DNA of 64,000 bases. It comes from Thermoproteota archaeon (GTDB lineage: Archaea > Korarchaeota > Korarchaeia > Korarchaeales > Korarchaeaceae). The notes beneath the pieces are model-generated. The model was not told where the DNA came from. It worked only from the letters and a program-made list of their open reading frames with translations, and did not search any database. Of the stretch, positions 19,077-28,770 are shown piece after piece. Numbering within the stretch: position 1 is the first letter of the stretch; each line of letters starts with the position of its first letter. The translations under genes and the position numbers were made by a program. The stretch is taken from the NCBI GenBank assembly GCA_027492205.1, contig JAOZFN010000007.1:1-64000 (forward strand), read 5' to 3'.

Positions 19077-19973
19077 TCAGCCGCCCCTCCTCAGGTGCCT
19101 CGATATGGCCCTCAGGATGTACATCATCTGGCGCAGTGTCTGCCTGGCTCCCTCCTCGTCTCCAGCCTGAACCTGGCTCTTGAACTGCGAGAGAAGCTCC
19201 TGCAGACGCACCCGCACCTGGGCTACTCGCGCGGCAGCGTCCGTCCTGTTGGCCTGGATGAGCCTCTGCTCGACCTCCTCGAGCTTCGATATGGTCCTCT
19301 CAACCAACTCCACGATCTTATCGGCTCTCTCGGTCACGTTCACGTCACCGGTCTGCCTGACAATTTCCCTGATCTTCTCGACGACCCTGACGAGTATCTT
19401 GTGGGCCCCGGCCAGCTTCTGGGCGGCCGCGACCGGGTGGCCCTCCTCCAGCAGGGACTGAGCCTCGCCCAGGAGGGAGGAGGCGGTTGCCAGCGCGCCC
19501 CTGAGATCTGTCACGTCCACCCCGAACTTCTCCAACCTGCTGACCGCGATCGACAGCCTTCGAAGCAGCCTCCTGTTCCTCTCTATTCCGGCGGCCACCC
19601 TCCTGGCTATGGGAACGCTGGGAGCCTCGCCCACCCCCCTGAGGGCCTCCATTATGGTGTTGAAGGCGTCCCTCACCCTCTCCCCCGCCAGACCGAGGTT
19701 GCCGGACTGGTAGGCCTCGCGCGCCTCCTGGATTAGTGAGTCGGCCTCCTGAACCGCCGACTCTACGGCCTGGGCCTCCTCGACCCTTCCCTCCTCGCGG
19801 AGCTCCTCCGCGCGGTTGAGGGCGTAGGACCTGAGTCTGGAGTACTCCTTCAGTATCTTTGGGATCACCCTGCCAGATGCGGAGGGGTCGGCCGAGGCGA
19901 GGGTCATGAAGGTCCCGCCGGCCGCGAGCACCACTAGGGCGAGCGCCATGGCGGCCTTCGTGGTCACGATCAT
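19077..19973 (-). CDS. Secreted alpha-helical/coiled-coil hypothetical protein
   Basis: Signal-peptide-like MIVTTKAAMALALVVLAAGG then repetitive helical bundles. Confidence 0.7.
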   Translation of the reverse strand: MIVTTKAAMALALVVLAAGGTFMTLASADPSASGRVIPKILKEYSRLRSYALNRAEELREEGRVEEAQAVESAVQEADSLIQEAREAYQSGNLGLAGERVRDAFNTIMEALRGVGEAPSVPIARRVAAGIERNRRLLRRLSIAVSRLEKFGVDVTDLRGALATASSLLGEAQSLLEEGHPVAAAQKLAGAHKILVRVVEKIREIVRQTGDVNVTERADKIVELVERTISKLEEVEQRLIQANRTDAAARVAQVRVRLQELLSQFKSQVQAGDEEGARQTLRQMMYILRAISRHLRRGG

Positions 19974-20026
19974 CACACCACCACCCGGCTCACTGGGCCG
20001 ACGGTGAGGACATAACGAACTCGCCT

Positions 20027-20053
20027 GAAACGGGTTGGAACGGCGCGGAACGG
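20027..20053. repeat. Triple direct repeat G(A/G)AACGG with 10-bp period
   Basis: GAAACGG 20027, GGAACGG 20037, GGAACGG 20047 upstream of the 19973 gene. Confidence 0.6.
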
Positions 20054-20064
20054 GTAGGGAAGGA

Positions 20065-21318
20065 TCACAGCTTCCAGCTCTCAATGTATCTCCTCTGTTC
20101 CTCGGTCAACTCATCTATCCGAATGCCCATTGACTCCAGCTTGATCCTGGCAACTCTCTCGTCAATCTCCCTCGGCAGGAGGTGCACGCCGGGGTTCAGA
20201 TCTCTCCCCCTCCTGGCGAGGTACTCGACCGCGAGGGCCTGGAGTGAGAAGCTCATGTCCATTATCTCCGCCGGGTGCCCGTCCGCGCACACCAGGTTGA
20301 CGAGCCTCCCCTCCCCCAGAAGGTAGAGCCTCCTGCCGTCTGACATCTCGTACTCCGTCACGCACGGCCTGACCCGCCTCTTCCGAGCCGCGGCGGACTC
20401 CAGGTCCTCGACCGACACCTCCACGTTGAAGTGCCCAGCGTTCGCCAGGATTGCGCCGTCCTTCATGACCCTGAAGTGCTCCGCCGTGATCACGTCCACG
20501 TCCCCCGTGGCCGTCACGAAGATGTCGCCCACCCTGGCGGCCTCGGACATGGGCATGACCTCGAACCCGTCCATGGCGGCCTCCAAGGCCCTTATCGGAT
20601 CCACCTCCGTGACAATCACCCTGGCGCCGAGGCCGCGGGCCCTCATCGCGATTCCCCTGCCCACCCATCCGTAGCCGGCCACGACCACGCTCTTGCCCGC
20701 TATCAGGAGGTTGGTGGCCCTCATGATGCCGTCCCAGGTCGACTGCCCCGTCCCGTACCTGTTGTCGAAGAGGTACTTGCAGAGGGCGTCGTTCACAGCC
20801 ACGACCGGGATCCTGAGCGCCCCCTCCCTCTCCATCGCCCTGAGCCTGATCACCCCTGTGGTGGTCTCTTCGGTGGCGCCCACCACCCCGTCGAGGAGCT
20901 CGGTCCTGTGAGAGTGCAGACGGGCTATCATGTCGGCTCCGTCGTCTATCACCAGGTCGGGCCGCACGTCGAGGGCCCTGTCTATGTTCTCGAAGTACTC
21001 CTCATCCGTCTCACCCCTCCAGGCGAACACCCTCACCCCCTCCTCGGCCAGGGCGGCGGCGACGTCGTCCTGGGTCGTGAGCGGGTTGCTCGCGGCCAGG
21101 CTCACCTCGGCGCCCGCCTGCTGCAGGGTTAAGGCCAGAAAGGCCGTCTTCATCTCCACGTGGAGGCACGCGGCCACCTTCAGGCCCTCGAGCGGCCTCT
21201 CCTCCCTGAACCTCTCGCCGATCCTGCGCAGGACGGGCATGAACCTGGAGACCCAATTGATCTTCTCCGCGCCCGAGGGGGCGAGAGAGATGTCCCGGAC
21301 CCTATAGCCGGTGTCCAT
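20065..21318 (-). CDS. ahcY: Adenosylhomocysteinase
   Basis: [57 protein letters not shown]. Confidence 0.97.
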   Translation of the reverse strand: MDTGYRVRDISLAPSGAEKINWVSRFMPVLRRIGERFREERPLEGLKVAACLHVEMKTAFLALTLQQAGAEVSLAASNPLTTQDDVAAALAEEGVRVFAWRGETDEEYFENIDRALDVRPDLVIDDGADMIARLHSHRTELLDGVVGATEETTTGVIRLRAMEREGALRIPVVAVNDALCKYLFDNRYGTGQSTWDGIMRATNLLIAGKSVVVAGYGWVGRGIAMRARGLGARVIVTEVDPIRALEAAMDGFEVMPMSEAARVGDIFVTATGDVDVITAEHFRVMKDGAILANAGHFNVEVSVEDLESAAARKRRVRPCVTEYEMSDGRRLYLLGEGRLVNLVCADGHPAEIMDMSFSLQALAVEYLARRGRDLNPGVHLLPREIDERVARIKLESMGIRIDELTEEQRRYIESWKL

Positions 21319-21483
21319 CGGTATTCGCTTCGCGGCGGATCGATTACTACTTTTCCGCGCGGGGCCGAGAACCCTTTATCACGTTCGTCGTCCACGCGGA
21401 CCCGGGTGGTTTCGGCGGACGGGCCGAAGTCCGAGGAGAGGGACCTGGGCAGGAAGCCAGTGAAGAGGGCGAGCGAGGTTGCG

Positions 21484-21666
21484 ATGGACGAGTACGCCAG
21501 GATAAGGGATCAGGTGGACTACGCGGTCAGGCCCTTCATCAAGATAAGGGTCTACATGCCGGAGGGGATCTCCGAGGATGAGTTTAAGTCCTTGGAGGGC
21601 GACGAGGAGTTCGAGAAGAGGGTCGAGAGGCTCGCCCTCGAGTATCTCCTGTCCAGGAGGAAGTAG
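21484..21666 (+). CDS. Small hypothetical protein
   Basis: 60 aa with GAGGT RBS, 3 nt before the permease gene. Confidence 0.6.
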   Translation: MDEYARIRDQVDYAVRPFIKIRVYMPEGISEDEFKSLEGDEEFEKRVERLALEYLLSRRK

Positions 21667-21669
21667 GAC

Positions 21670-22962
21670 ATGCTGGAGGCCTCCCAGGGGCAGACAGTGA
21701 TGATGTTGGTCTTCGCCTTCACCGTGGCCGCACTCGTGACGGAGAAGTACCACCGCGTGGTGTCGGCCCTCCTGGGCGCCTCCCTGGCTGTCTACTTCGG
21801 GGGTTTCGTCTACCACATCTTCAGCCCAGAGGAGGCCGTCTCGACCTTCATCGACGGGCCGACGATGAGGCTCATCCTGGGCGTCCTCTTGCTCATGGAG
21901 GGCCTCGCCAGGTCCGGCCTGTTCCAGTTCATCGGGCTCTGGATTGTCAGGCTGGTCAGGGGGAACGTTAGGCTCCTCTTCACCGCCTTCATGTTCATGT
22001 CGACGGGACTGACCCTCGTGATCCCGAACCTGCCGGCCATGCTGATCATCGGGGCGATCACCGCCTCGGTGGCCAGGCGGGCTCCCATCAGGCTGAGGAA
22101 GTGGATCCTCTACGAGGCGGTGGCCTGCAACGCGGGCTCCATCGGCCTGATGATCAGCTCGATCCCCAACCTCATAGTGGCGGCGGAGTTCGGCTTCACG
22201 TTCGCGGACTTCGTCTCCATCACGGCTCCACTCGCCCTCCTGCTCGCCGCCGTGACCACGGCCGTCGGACTTCGGACCGGCGGCCTCGCGCGAGGCGAGG
22301 GATGTCGAATAGAGGTTGACGTCGATCCCTGGAAGGCGGTCAAGGGAGTCTGGTCGCTTGCCCGATCCGGAGCCATATTCGTAGCCTTCGTGGCCCTCCT
22401 CGCCCTCTCCGACAGGACGGGCGTGCCGATGGACATAGTCGCGCTGATGGGCGGCGTGGCCATGCTGTGGCTGGGCGCGGCCGAGCCGGAGGACATCCTC
22501 AGGTCGCTGGACTGGGGGACCTTCTTCTTCCTGGCCGGCTTCTACGTGCTCGTTGGGGCAGAGGAGAGGGCTGGAGTCCTCGACCTCCTGGCCAAGCAGG
22601 TGGCCCCGATCTACGGCCTTCCCTGGCCGCTGAGCTCCTCCATCACGCTCTGGATCGCCGGGCTGGCCAGCGGGATCGTGGACAACATCCCGATAACCCT
22701 GACCCTCATTCCCATCGTCGAGAAGGCCGCGGCCGCGGGAGGCTCGGCCCCCAACCTGATGGCCTGGGCGCTGGCCATAGGGGCGAACCTCGGCGGGAGC
22801 CTCACCTACTTCGCCTCCCCGCCTTCCCTCATTGCTGTGAGCATCCTTGAGCGGGAGGAGCCCGGGTTCACTCCGTGGGAGTTCGTCAAGGTCGGGGCCC
22901 CCATGACGCTCCTCCACCTGGCCGTTGCGGATGCCTACATGCTGCTGAGGCTGGGGCTGTGA
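21670..22962 (+). CDS. ArsB/NhaD/SLC13-family ion permease
   Basis: Multi-TM; NAGSIGLMISSIPN and GIVDNIP...GANLGG motifs. Confidence 0.85.
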   Translation: MLEASQGQTVMMLVFAFTVAALVTEKYHRVVSALLGASLAVYFGGFVYHIFSPEEAVSTFIDGPTMRLILGVLLLMEGLARSGLFQFIGLWIVRLVRGNVRLLFTAFMFMSTGLTLVIPNLPAMLIIGAITASVARRAPIRLRKWILYEAVACNAGSIGLMISSIPNLIVAAEFGFTFADFVSITAPLALLLAAVTTAVGLRTGGLARGEGCRIEVDVDPWKAVKGVWSLARSGAIFVAFVALLALSDRTGVPMDIVALMGGVAMLWLGAAEPEDILRSLDWGTFFFLAGFYVLVGAEERAGVLDLLAKQVAPIYGLPWPLSSSITLWIAGLASGIVDNIPITLTLIPIVEKAAAAGGSAPNLMAWALAIGANLGGSLTYFASPPSLIAVSILEREEPGFTPWEFVKVGAPMTLLHLAVADAYMLLRLGL

Positions 22963-22977
22963 GGTCAACGCCTCTCC

Positions 22978-23601
22978 TCAGCCCTCCCGACTGGCCCCTC
23001 CCTCTGGTCGCGCAGAATCCCCTTCCTCCTGCTCTAAGAGGCCCCGGGCCAGGAACTCGGTGAGACCGTCCAGGAGAACCTCAAACTTCTCCTTGAAAAG
23101 TCTGTAGACACTCTTTGCGAGGTCGTAGAACAGGAGGACTCCGACCGCGAGGAACGCGAGCGAGGGCACGAGCCTCGCCGCCCCGGGGGGGATGGAGCTC
23201 ACTAGCGGGGACACGGCGTACCAGGCGAGGGCTAGCCCCATCAGGTAGATCACGTCCTGCCCGACCCTCCTGATTCCACGTACCTCCGCAAGCCCGAGCA
23301 GCTTGGACAGCCTCTTGGCAGAGACGTCGAGCAGCCAGAGGAGTTCTGATAGCATGCTGTAGCCGAAGTAGACGACCGCGGCCAGCCGGAGCACGCCCAC
23401 GACCTCGAACCCGCTTATCGTTATGCCGAAGAGGTCTATCGACGCTCCGTCCAAGACCCTGCCGAGGATGAACAGGAGGCCCAGGGCGATCGCGAGTTCA
23501 ATTAAGCTCGTCAGGAGACGGCTAAGCCTAGTTCTGAGTTCCTCGACCGAGACCCTCGATCGCTGGGGGCGGGCGGCGGATTCGGGGCTCGACAATCTCA
23601 A
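22978..23601 (-). CDS. Hypothetical membrane protein (~4 TM)
   Basis: Hydrophobic segments; overlaps MFS stop; start uncertain. Confidence 0.6.
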   Translation of the reverse strand: MRLSSPESAARPQRSRVSVEELRTRLSRLLTSLIELAIALGLLFILGRVLDGASIDLFGITISGFEVVGVLRLAAVVYFGYSMLSELLWLLDVSAKRLSKLLGLAEVRGIRRVGQDVIYLMGLALAWYAVSPLVSSIPPGAARLVPSLAFLAVGVLLFYDLAKSVYRLFKEKFEVLLDGLTEFLARGLLEQEEGDSARPEGGASREG

Positions 23602-24851
23602 TCGAGCCCGTCGCCTGCGGGCGCCCTATAAACTTCCGGGGCGCGAGCCGCGCCTCCCCCACTCGACAGGCCCCTCAAACCGAGCAGGATGGCGACCGCC
23701 ACGGCGTCGATGACCGGGGCGATTGCGCCCCCGAGAAATGCCGCCCGGTACCCCAGGGTCCACGCGAGGGCTCCGGCCACAATTGGGCCGGAGGCGTGGC
23801 CCACGTCCTTAATGGACTCCAGAGCCCCAAGACCTGACCCGACCGCCGATCGTGGGGCTATCTCCGATATCAGGGGGGATGTCGCCGACGTGGCCGAAGC
23901 GGTGCCCACCCCGTGGGCGACGAGGCAGAGCCCGATAGTCAGAGGGTCCCTCGCCAGGGCCAGGGCGGCCGACCCCGCGGCGGAAACCGCCAGGCCGGCC
24001 AAGATGAACCTGACCCTGCCGAGCCTGTCTGAGAGCGCCCCCGTCGCAGGCTTGACCAGCGCTACGGTGAGCACCTCCAAGCCCATCAGGGCCCCGGTGA
24101 CCCACCTCTCCATTCCCACCAGGTCGGCGTACAGCGGGAGGAAGGCCTCAACTCCGCCGAGGCTGAAGTAGGACGCCGCCTCCGCCGAGCTGACAAGGAG
24201 AACCCTGTGGTCGCGGAGGACGGAGGAGATCCCCCTCAGCGCGTCTCGGGGACTCATCCCCCTGTCCTCAGGGCCGGATCCCACGTCCAGCCTTAGAGCC
24301 AGCGCCAGGCTGATGGAACCCATGACCCCACACACCAGGTAGGCCAGGCGAAATGGGCCGAGCAGCTGCACCGAGACCAGCGCGCCGGAGGCGGCCGGGG
24401 CGACCAGCCTTCCCACCATCGTGGCCGAGGAGAATGTCCCCATAGTCTTCCCCCTGCTCTCCGGGGGGAACATGTCGGCAATGGCCGCCATGGACACCGG
24501 CGTGAACACGGCCGTGGCGACCCCGTGGTAGACCCTCAGGAGGCCCAGCTGCCAGGGCGTCCTCACCAGGAGGTAGAGGAAGGGGGCGGAGGCGAAAATG
24601 AAGGCGGACGTGAGGAGGAGCTTCCTCCTCCCGTAGACGTCCGACAGGGCGCCGGCCGAGACGTTCACGACAACACCCGTGACGGTGCTGGCGGACGCTA
24701 TGAGCCCTATCTCAAACTCGGTGGCCCCCAGATACCCTGCAAACCAGGAGAGGAGCGGTGACTTGGAAGCTGTGGAGCTGAAGATGGCGAACGCCCCCAT
24801 CAGGCACAGAAGTGCGAATTCCGTCGATCTAATCCTCCCCCCGGAGGGCAA
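23598..24851 (-). CDS. MFS transporter
   Basis: GALSDVYGRR and GALSDRLGR motif A repeats. Confidence 0.9.
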   Translation of the reverse strand: MPSGGRIRSTEFALLCLMGAFAIFSSTASKSPLLSWFAGYLGATEFEIGLIASASTVTGVVVNVSAGALSDVYGRRKLLLTSAFIFASAPFLYLLVRTPWQLGLLRVYHGVATAVFTPVSMAAIADMFPPESRGKTMGTFSSATMVGRLVAPAASGALVSVQLLGPFRLAYLVCGVMGSISLALALRLDVGSGPEDRGMSPRDALRGISSVLRDHRVLLVSSAEAASYFSLGGVEAFLPLYADLVGMERWVTGALMGLEVLTVALVKPATGALSDRLGRVRFILAGLAVSAAGSAALALARDPLTIGLCLVAHGVGTASATSATSPLISEIAPRSAVGSGLGALESIKDVGHASGPIVAGALAWTLGYRAAFLGGAIAPVIDAVAVAILLGLRGLSSGGGAARAPEVYRAPAGDGLD

Positions 24852-24914
24852 GCCGACCCTGCCCCTTGGCTCGCCCCCCCTTTTTTACGGTATCGACAGA
24901 CTTTTCCGGGGTGG

Positions 24915-25436
24915 TTGCGGCTGAGGTGGGTGACCCGGGCGCGGGTTCACGTGGACAGGGTCGCCTGTCCCTGGCTCATCAAACGGTTCATCGACCCGGA
25001 GGCGGAGTTCAAGTTCGTCCCGTGGCCGGGAACCGAGCTCAAGCCTGAAGATGGAGTCCCATTCGACATACCGGGAGTGGAGCTTGGGCACCACAACGGC
25101 AAGTGCAGCTTCGAGGCGATCATCGAGAAGTACGGGCTGGACGACCCAGCCCTCCTCGAGCTGGCCAAGATAGTGCACGCCGCGGACATCAAGAAGGACA
25201 GGCACCTGGCCCCGGAGGCCGCCGGGCTGGAGGCCATCGCGAGGGGCGCCATGTTCCTGGTGGAGGACGACTATGAGGCGCTCGAGAGGCAATTCTTCCT
25301 CTACGACGCCCTCTACGTCTACTGCCAGCTCAAGCTCCTGGAGGAGGAGTACAAGGGCGTGTTGGAGGGCATGGGGAAGGAGGAGAGGTTCCAGTTCCTC
25401 AAGTCGAAGATCAGGCTCCCGTGGAGGGGGGAGTAG
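24915..25436 (+). CDS. chrB: ChrB-domain (chromate resistance) protein
   Basis: WVTRARVHVDRVACPWLIKRFIDPEAEF, CSFEAII, APEAAGL. Confidence 0.85.
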   Translation: MRLRWVTRARVHVDRVACPWLIKRFIDPEAEFKFVPWPGTELKPEDGVPFDIPGVELGHHNGKCSFEAIIEKYGLDDPALLELAKIVHAADIKKDRHLAPEAAGLEAIARGAMFLVEDDYEALERQFFLYDALYVYCQLKLLEEEYKGVLEGMGKEERFQFLKSKIRLPWRGE

Positions 25437-25474
25437 GAGGAGAGCCTAGCTGACCGGGCTCCCCTGGGCGGCGG

Positions 25475-26752
25475 TCAGATCACCCTCTTGACCAGGTTCT
25501 TGACCTTCAGTCCCTCAAGCACAGACTGCAGTATCCTCGGCGGGTAGTCTCCCAGCCCAACGATCGCAGCCTTTGATCTGGGCCAGACCACATCGGACTC
25601 CAGGGCTATCTCGTAGTGGATGGAGCATGTCTCGGGAACTCCCCTGGCCTCGACCGAGTCGCCGGGGAACAGGACCCTCCCGACGGAGACCTCCTTGTCG
25701 CCGAACGTGACCTTCTCCACCTTGATTGGCCTCCTCCACGAGTTCTTGATCTCTAGGACACCGTTGCTCCCCCTGGAGAGCTCGAAGTGCCTCTCTCCGG
25801 CGACGTCCAGCCTCTCCCCGAAGAACCGCGCGACCGGGACGACCCTCCGAACCTCCGTCCCGGAGACCTCCGCCGTGAGCTGGAGCCTGTAGTCCACATC
25901 CAGGACGTAGATGTACCTGTCGGAGTACTCCCCCAGCACACCTTGGTAATACTTCCTCTCCCCGTCGACGTCGTCGACCCTGACTGTGACGAGCCTGCCT
26001 ATGCTGTTCTCGAGCAGCGGATCGTAGGATTGACCCACGGCCGCTCCGAGGGCCTTCGCCTGGGCCTCCTCGACGGCCTTCCTCAGATCGGCGGGCAGGC
26101 TGGACATCAGCATGCCGGTGGACGAGGACAGCGCCGCCGCGACCTTGTCCTTCACGTAGCTGAGAGAGTTGTAGATCCTCCTCTTCGCGCTCTTCAGGAG
26201 CGGCTTGCTGTAGAGGTCTGAGAGCTCCTTCCACCTCCTGAGCTTCTCTTCTTTAGTCATCTCGTCCACGAAGCTGATTATCATCCAGAGGTCGCCTAGC
26301 TCGTTGGAGTACACCTTCCGGGACACCCGGCTTGGCGGGGCCCAAGAGTCGATCTTCACATCCTCTATCGTGACCTTCGGGTCGATCATGCCCCTGTCCT
26401 TCAGGTACTGGAGGAGGATCTCAGCCTTCTCCAGGAACCTCTCGTTCCCGGTCTCGTGGTAGTTCTCGACGAGGAACGCCACAAGCGACAGCGGGTTCTC
26501 TATTCCTGAGTCGGTGTAGAAGACCTCAAAGCCGCCCTTGCTCCTCGGCGGTGTCTCCAGCCTACCGTAGTGCGCCTCCCTCCCGAGGAAGACGAAGACC
26601 CTCCTCCCCCTCACGAGCTTCAGGACCCTGTCGATTGAGAACATGTCTACGATGGAGAAGAGGATGGAAGCGACGATCCCCAGCGCCATGAGGTAGATCA
26701 GGGGCATTATGGACTGTAGGGCCTGGTTGACCGAGGTGAGGTTCCCCTGCAT
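25475..26752 (-). CDS. Conserved-looking hypothetical protein with N-terminal TM
   Basis: 425 aa, host codon usage, YDPLLENSIG and GVLGEYS segments, own TATA box ~26790. Confidence 0.7.
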   Translation of the reverse strand: MQGNLTSVNQALQSIMPLIYLMALGIVASILFSIVDMFSIDRVLKLVRGRRVFVFLGREAHYGRLETPPRSKGGFEVFYTDSGIENPLSLVAFLVENYHETGNERFLEKAEILLQYLKDRGMIDPKVTIEDVKIDSWAPPSRVSRKVYSNELGDLWMIISFVDEMTKEEKLRRWKELSDLYSKPLLKSAKRRIYNSLSYVKDKVAAALSSSTGMLMSSLPADLRKAVEEAQAKALGAAVGQSYDPLLENSIGRLVTVRVDDVDGERKYYQGVLGEYSDRYIYVLDVDYRLQLTAEVSGTEVRRVVPVARFFGERLDVAGERHFELSRGSNGVLEIKNSWRRPIKVEKVTFGDKEVSVGRVLFPGDSVEARGVPETCSIHYEIALESDVVWPRSKAAIVGLGDYPPRILQSVLEGLKVKNLVKRVI

Positions 26753-26869
26753 TTCGTGTCACCCTCCCCCGCCCGCCCAGCCGCATCAATTAACTTAAGT
26801 CGACGTCAACCACGAGGTCGGGTGTGGTGGGGGGACGCCTGCCGTGAATCACAGTTCGCGGTCGACCGT

Positions 26870-27535
26870 TCAGCAGTCTTCCTGAGACGCGAGGGGGTCG
26901 AGGACCCTCTGAACGTCCTCCCAGACTTGGTGGATCTCCTTGCACCCGTCGATCTCCACCAGGAGGCCCCTTTCTCCGTAGTATTTTATGAGGGGCTCGG
27001 TCTGCTCGTGATACACCCTCAACCGCTCCCTGATGACCTCTTCCCGGTCATCGTCCCTCTGAATCAGCCTTCCCCCGCACCGATCGCAGACTCCGGGCCT
27101 CTTCGGTGGGTTGTAGTCTAGGTGATAGATGGCCCCGCAACTCTCGCACACCCTCCTCCTCGAGAGCCTGCGCACGACGGCCTCCTCAGAGACTCTGAGG
27201 TAGAGCACCGCGTTGAGCTCCTTGCCCGCGCTCTCAAGCATCCTATCGAGCGCCTCGGCCTGGGCGACCGTTCTGGGGAACCCGTCCAGGATGAACCCCC
27301 TCTCGCAGTCGGGCCTGCAGATCCGATCTCGGACCATCTCGACGACCAGCTCGTCGGGTACGAGTTCCCCCGATTCGACGTACTTTCTTATTCGGTTGGC
27401 GAGGCCATCGCTCCTCTTGAGGATCTCCCTGAACATGTCTCCGGTGGACACGTGCGGTATCCCATACTTAGACGAGATCAGGGCGGATTGAGTCCCCTTA
27501 CCCGCGCCCGGAGGCCCCATGATGACGAGCCTCAA
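26870..27535 (-). CDS. adk: Adenylate kinase (bacterial-type, Zn-lid)
   Basis: GPPGAGKGTQ, STGDMFR, GFILDGFPRT, CESC..CDRC lid, QRDDD. Confidence 0.95.
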   Translation of the reverse strand: MRLVIMGPPGAGKGTQSALISSKYGIPHVSTGDMFREILKRSDGLANRIRKYVESGELVPDELVVEMVRDRICRPDCERGFILDGFPRTVAQAEALDRMLESAGKELNAVLYLRVSEEAVVRRLSRRRVCESCGAIYHLDYNPPKRPGVCDRCGGRLIQRDDDREEVIRERLRVYHEQTEPLIKYYGERGLLVEIDGCKEIHQVWEDVQRVLDPLASQEDC

Positions 27536-27541
27536 GGGGGA

Positions 27542-28216
27542 TCACCCTATCGAGGCGGCGACGAGTCTGCCGAGGGGAGTAAGCTCGACGGCCGTCCTCC
27601 GTCCGATGCGGGTCACCTTCACGAAGCCCATGGCCTCCAGCCCCGGCGTCCTCTCGGACCCCCTTATGTGGTAGCTTAAGAGGGCTCGACTCATCGCGGT
27701 CTTCCTCGAGAGGTTGTCGAGCCCCTCCACCCTCCCACCCTCCGACCACAGGGCCGCGAGTATGCCCAGCTTCTCCTCACTCAGCCCGACCCTGAGCCCG
27801 TTGGGCGGCGTGGGCAGGCAGATGATCTTTCCGTCGACGACGTCGAAGCAGGGGAGACCGTGGGCCATTGCCGCCAGGAGGCCGGCCACGGCCTGGCTCT
27901 TGTCGGCCGCGCCGACGTTGACCTCGATGGAGGTGTATTCCCCACAAAGCTGGTTCATGACCTCCCTTATTATTGCGGCCATCTCTTCCGGACTCTTGGA
28001 GTCCTGGTAAGGGACTAGCTTTATCGGGAGGCCCAGTAGGGAGCTGAGGACATCTGATTGTGCTGTTACGGCATCCATCTCCTCTCTCCTGAATATCAGA
28101 ACCAGTCCGTGGACCTGGCGCTCTCTCAGCGCGGCCGTTAGAGCTTCTGTGAAACTGCCTGAAACCAGTGCAAGCTGGCAGACCCTCTCCTCCCCCAAAG
28201 GAATCCCTGTAGGCAC
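27542..28216 (-). CDS. CARF-like Rossmann domain + winged HTH regulator (Csa3/DUF6293-like)
   Basis: N-terminal alpha/beta domain with IEVNVGAADK, LP linker, C-terminal SRALLSYHIRG...GLEAMGFV...VELTPLG wHTH. Confidence 0.7.
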   Translation of the reverse strand: MPTGIPLGEERVCQLALVSGSFTEALTAALRERQVHGLVLIFRREEMDAVTAQSDVLSSLLGLPIKLVPYQDSKSPEEMAAIIREVMNQLCGEYTSIEVNVGAADKSQAVAGLLAAMAHGLPCFDVVDGKIICLPTPPNGLRVGLSEEKLGILAALWSEGGRVEGLDNLSRKTAMSRALLSYHIRGSERTPGLEAMGFVKVTRIGRRTAVELTPLGRLVAASIG

Positions 28217-28328
28217 GCTAAGACAATTTATAAGCTCTCCGCACGACAGTCAAGCACAATCCTGCAGGGGCCTCGCGTTCGGGAAGGGGTAAATAGACGG
28301 GTACCCTACACTCACCCGGTGCTGAGAC

Positions 28329-28769
28329 TTGGGTGAGATCGAGGCTAGAGGCGAATTGGTCTTCAAGGAGCTAGCACCCCTGGAGTCCCTCTTGAAGAAG
28401 CTCCAGGGAGGCGACTCGGCGTCGCAGTGGCTCGAGGCCCTCAAGATGGAGGGGGTCGCGGGGCGGCTGGGACTTCAATCTGTGACGCTGGAGGAGGCGC
28501 GGGTGGATGAGTCGGGCATGATTCACGTCAAGTTCGCTGGCAGGGAGGACTGGCCGGCTCCGGCAGCGCCAGCGGACGTGAACCCGGTGGACTGGATTCG
28601 CTCTCTGACCGTGTCGGGCGTGTGGGAATCGGAGATATCGAAGTCAATCGACAGCTGGGGAGATCCGGCGACGCTTTCCTTCTACGACGAGGGCTACATC
28701 GAGAAGAGGAGGAAAGAGCTGCTGAACTGGTGGATGGATGCCCTTGGAGACGTGATGGGAGGCCTCTGA
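28329..28769 (+). CDS. Hypothetical protein
   Basis: 146 aa, coupled to downstream protease gene. Confidence 0.6.
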   Translation: MGEIEARGELVFKELAPLESLLKKLQGGDSASQWLEALKMEGVAGRLGLQSVTLEEARVDESGMIHVKFAGREDWPAPAAPADVNPVDWIRSLTVSGVWESEISKSIDSWGDPATLSFYDEGYIEKRRKELLNWWMDALGDVMGGL

Positions 28770-28770
28770 G

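Noticed and set aside
21379-22968. Long antisense ORFs (also 9678-10949, 15408-16556, 51838-52875, 61693-62940)
   Set aside because: Shadow or alternative frames of well-supported genes, expected from high GC3 codon usage
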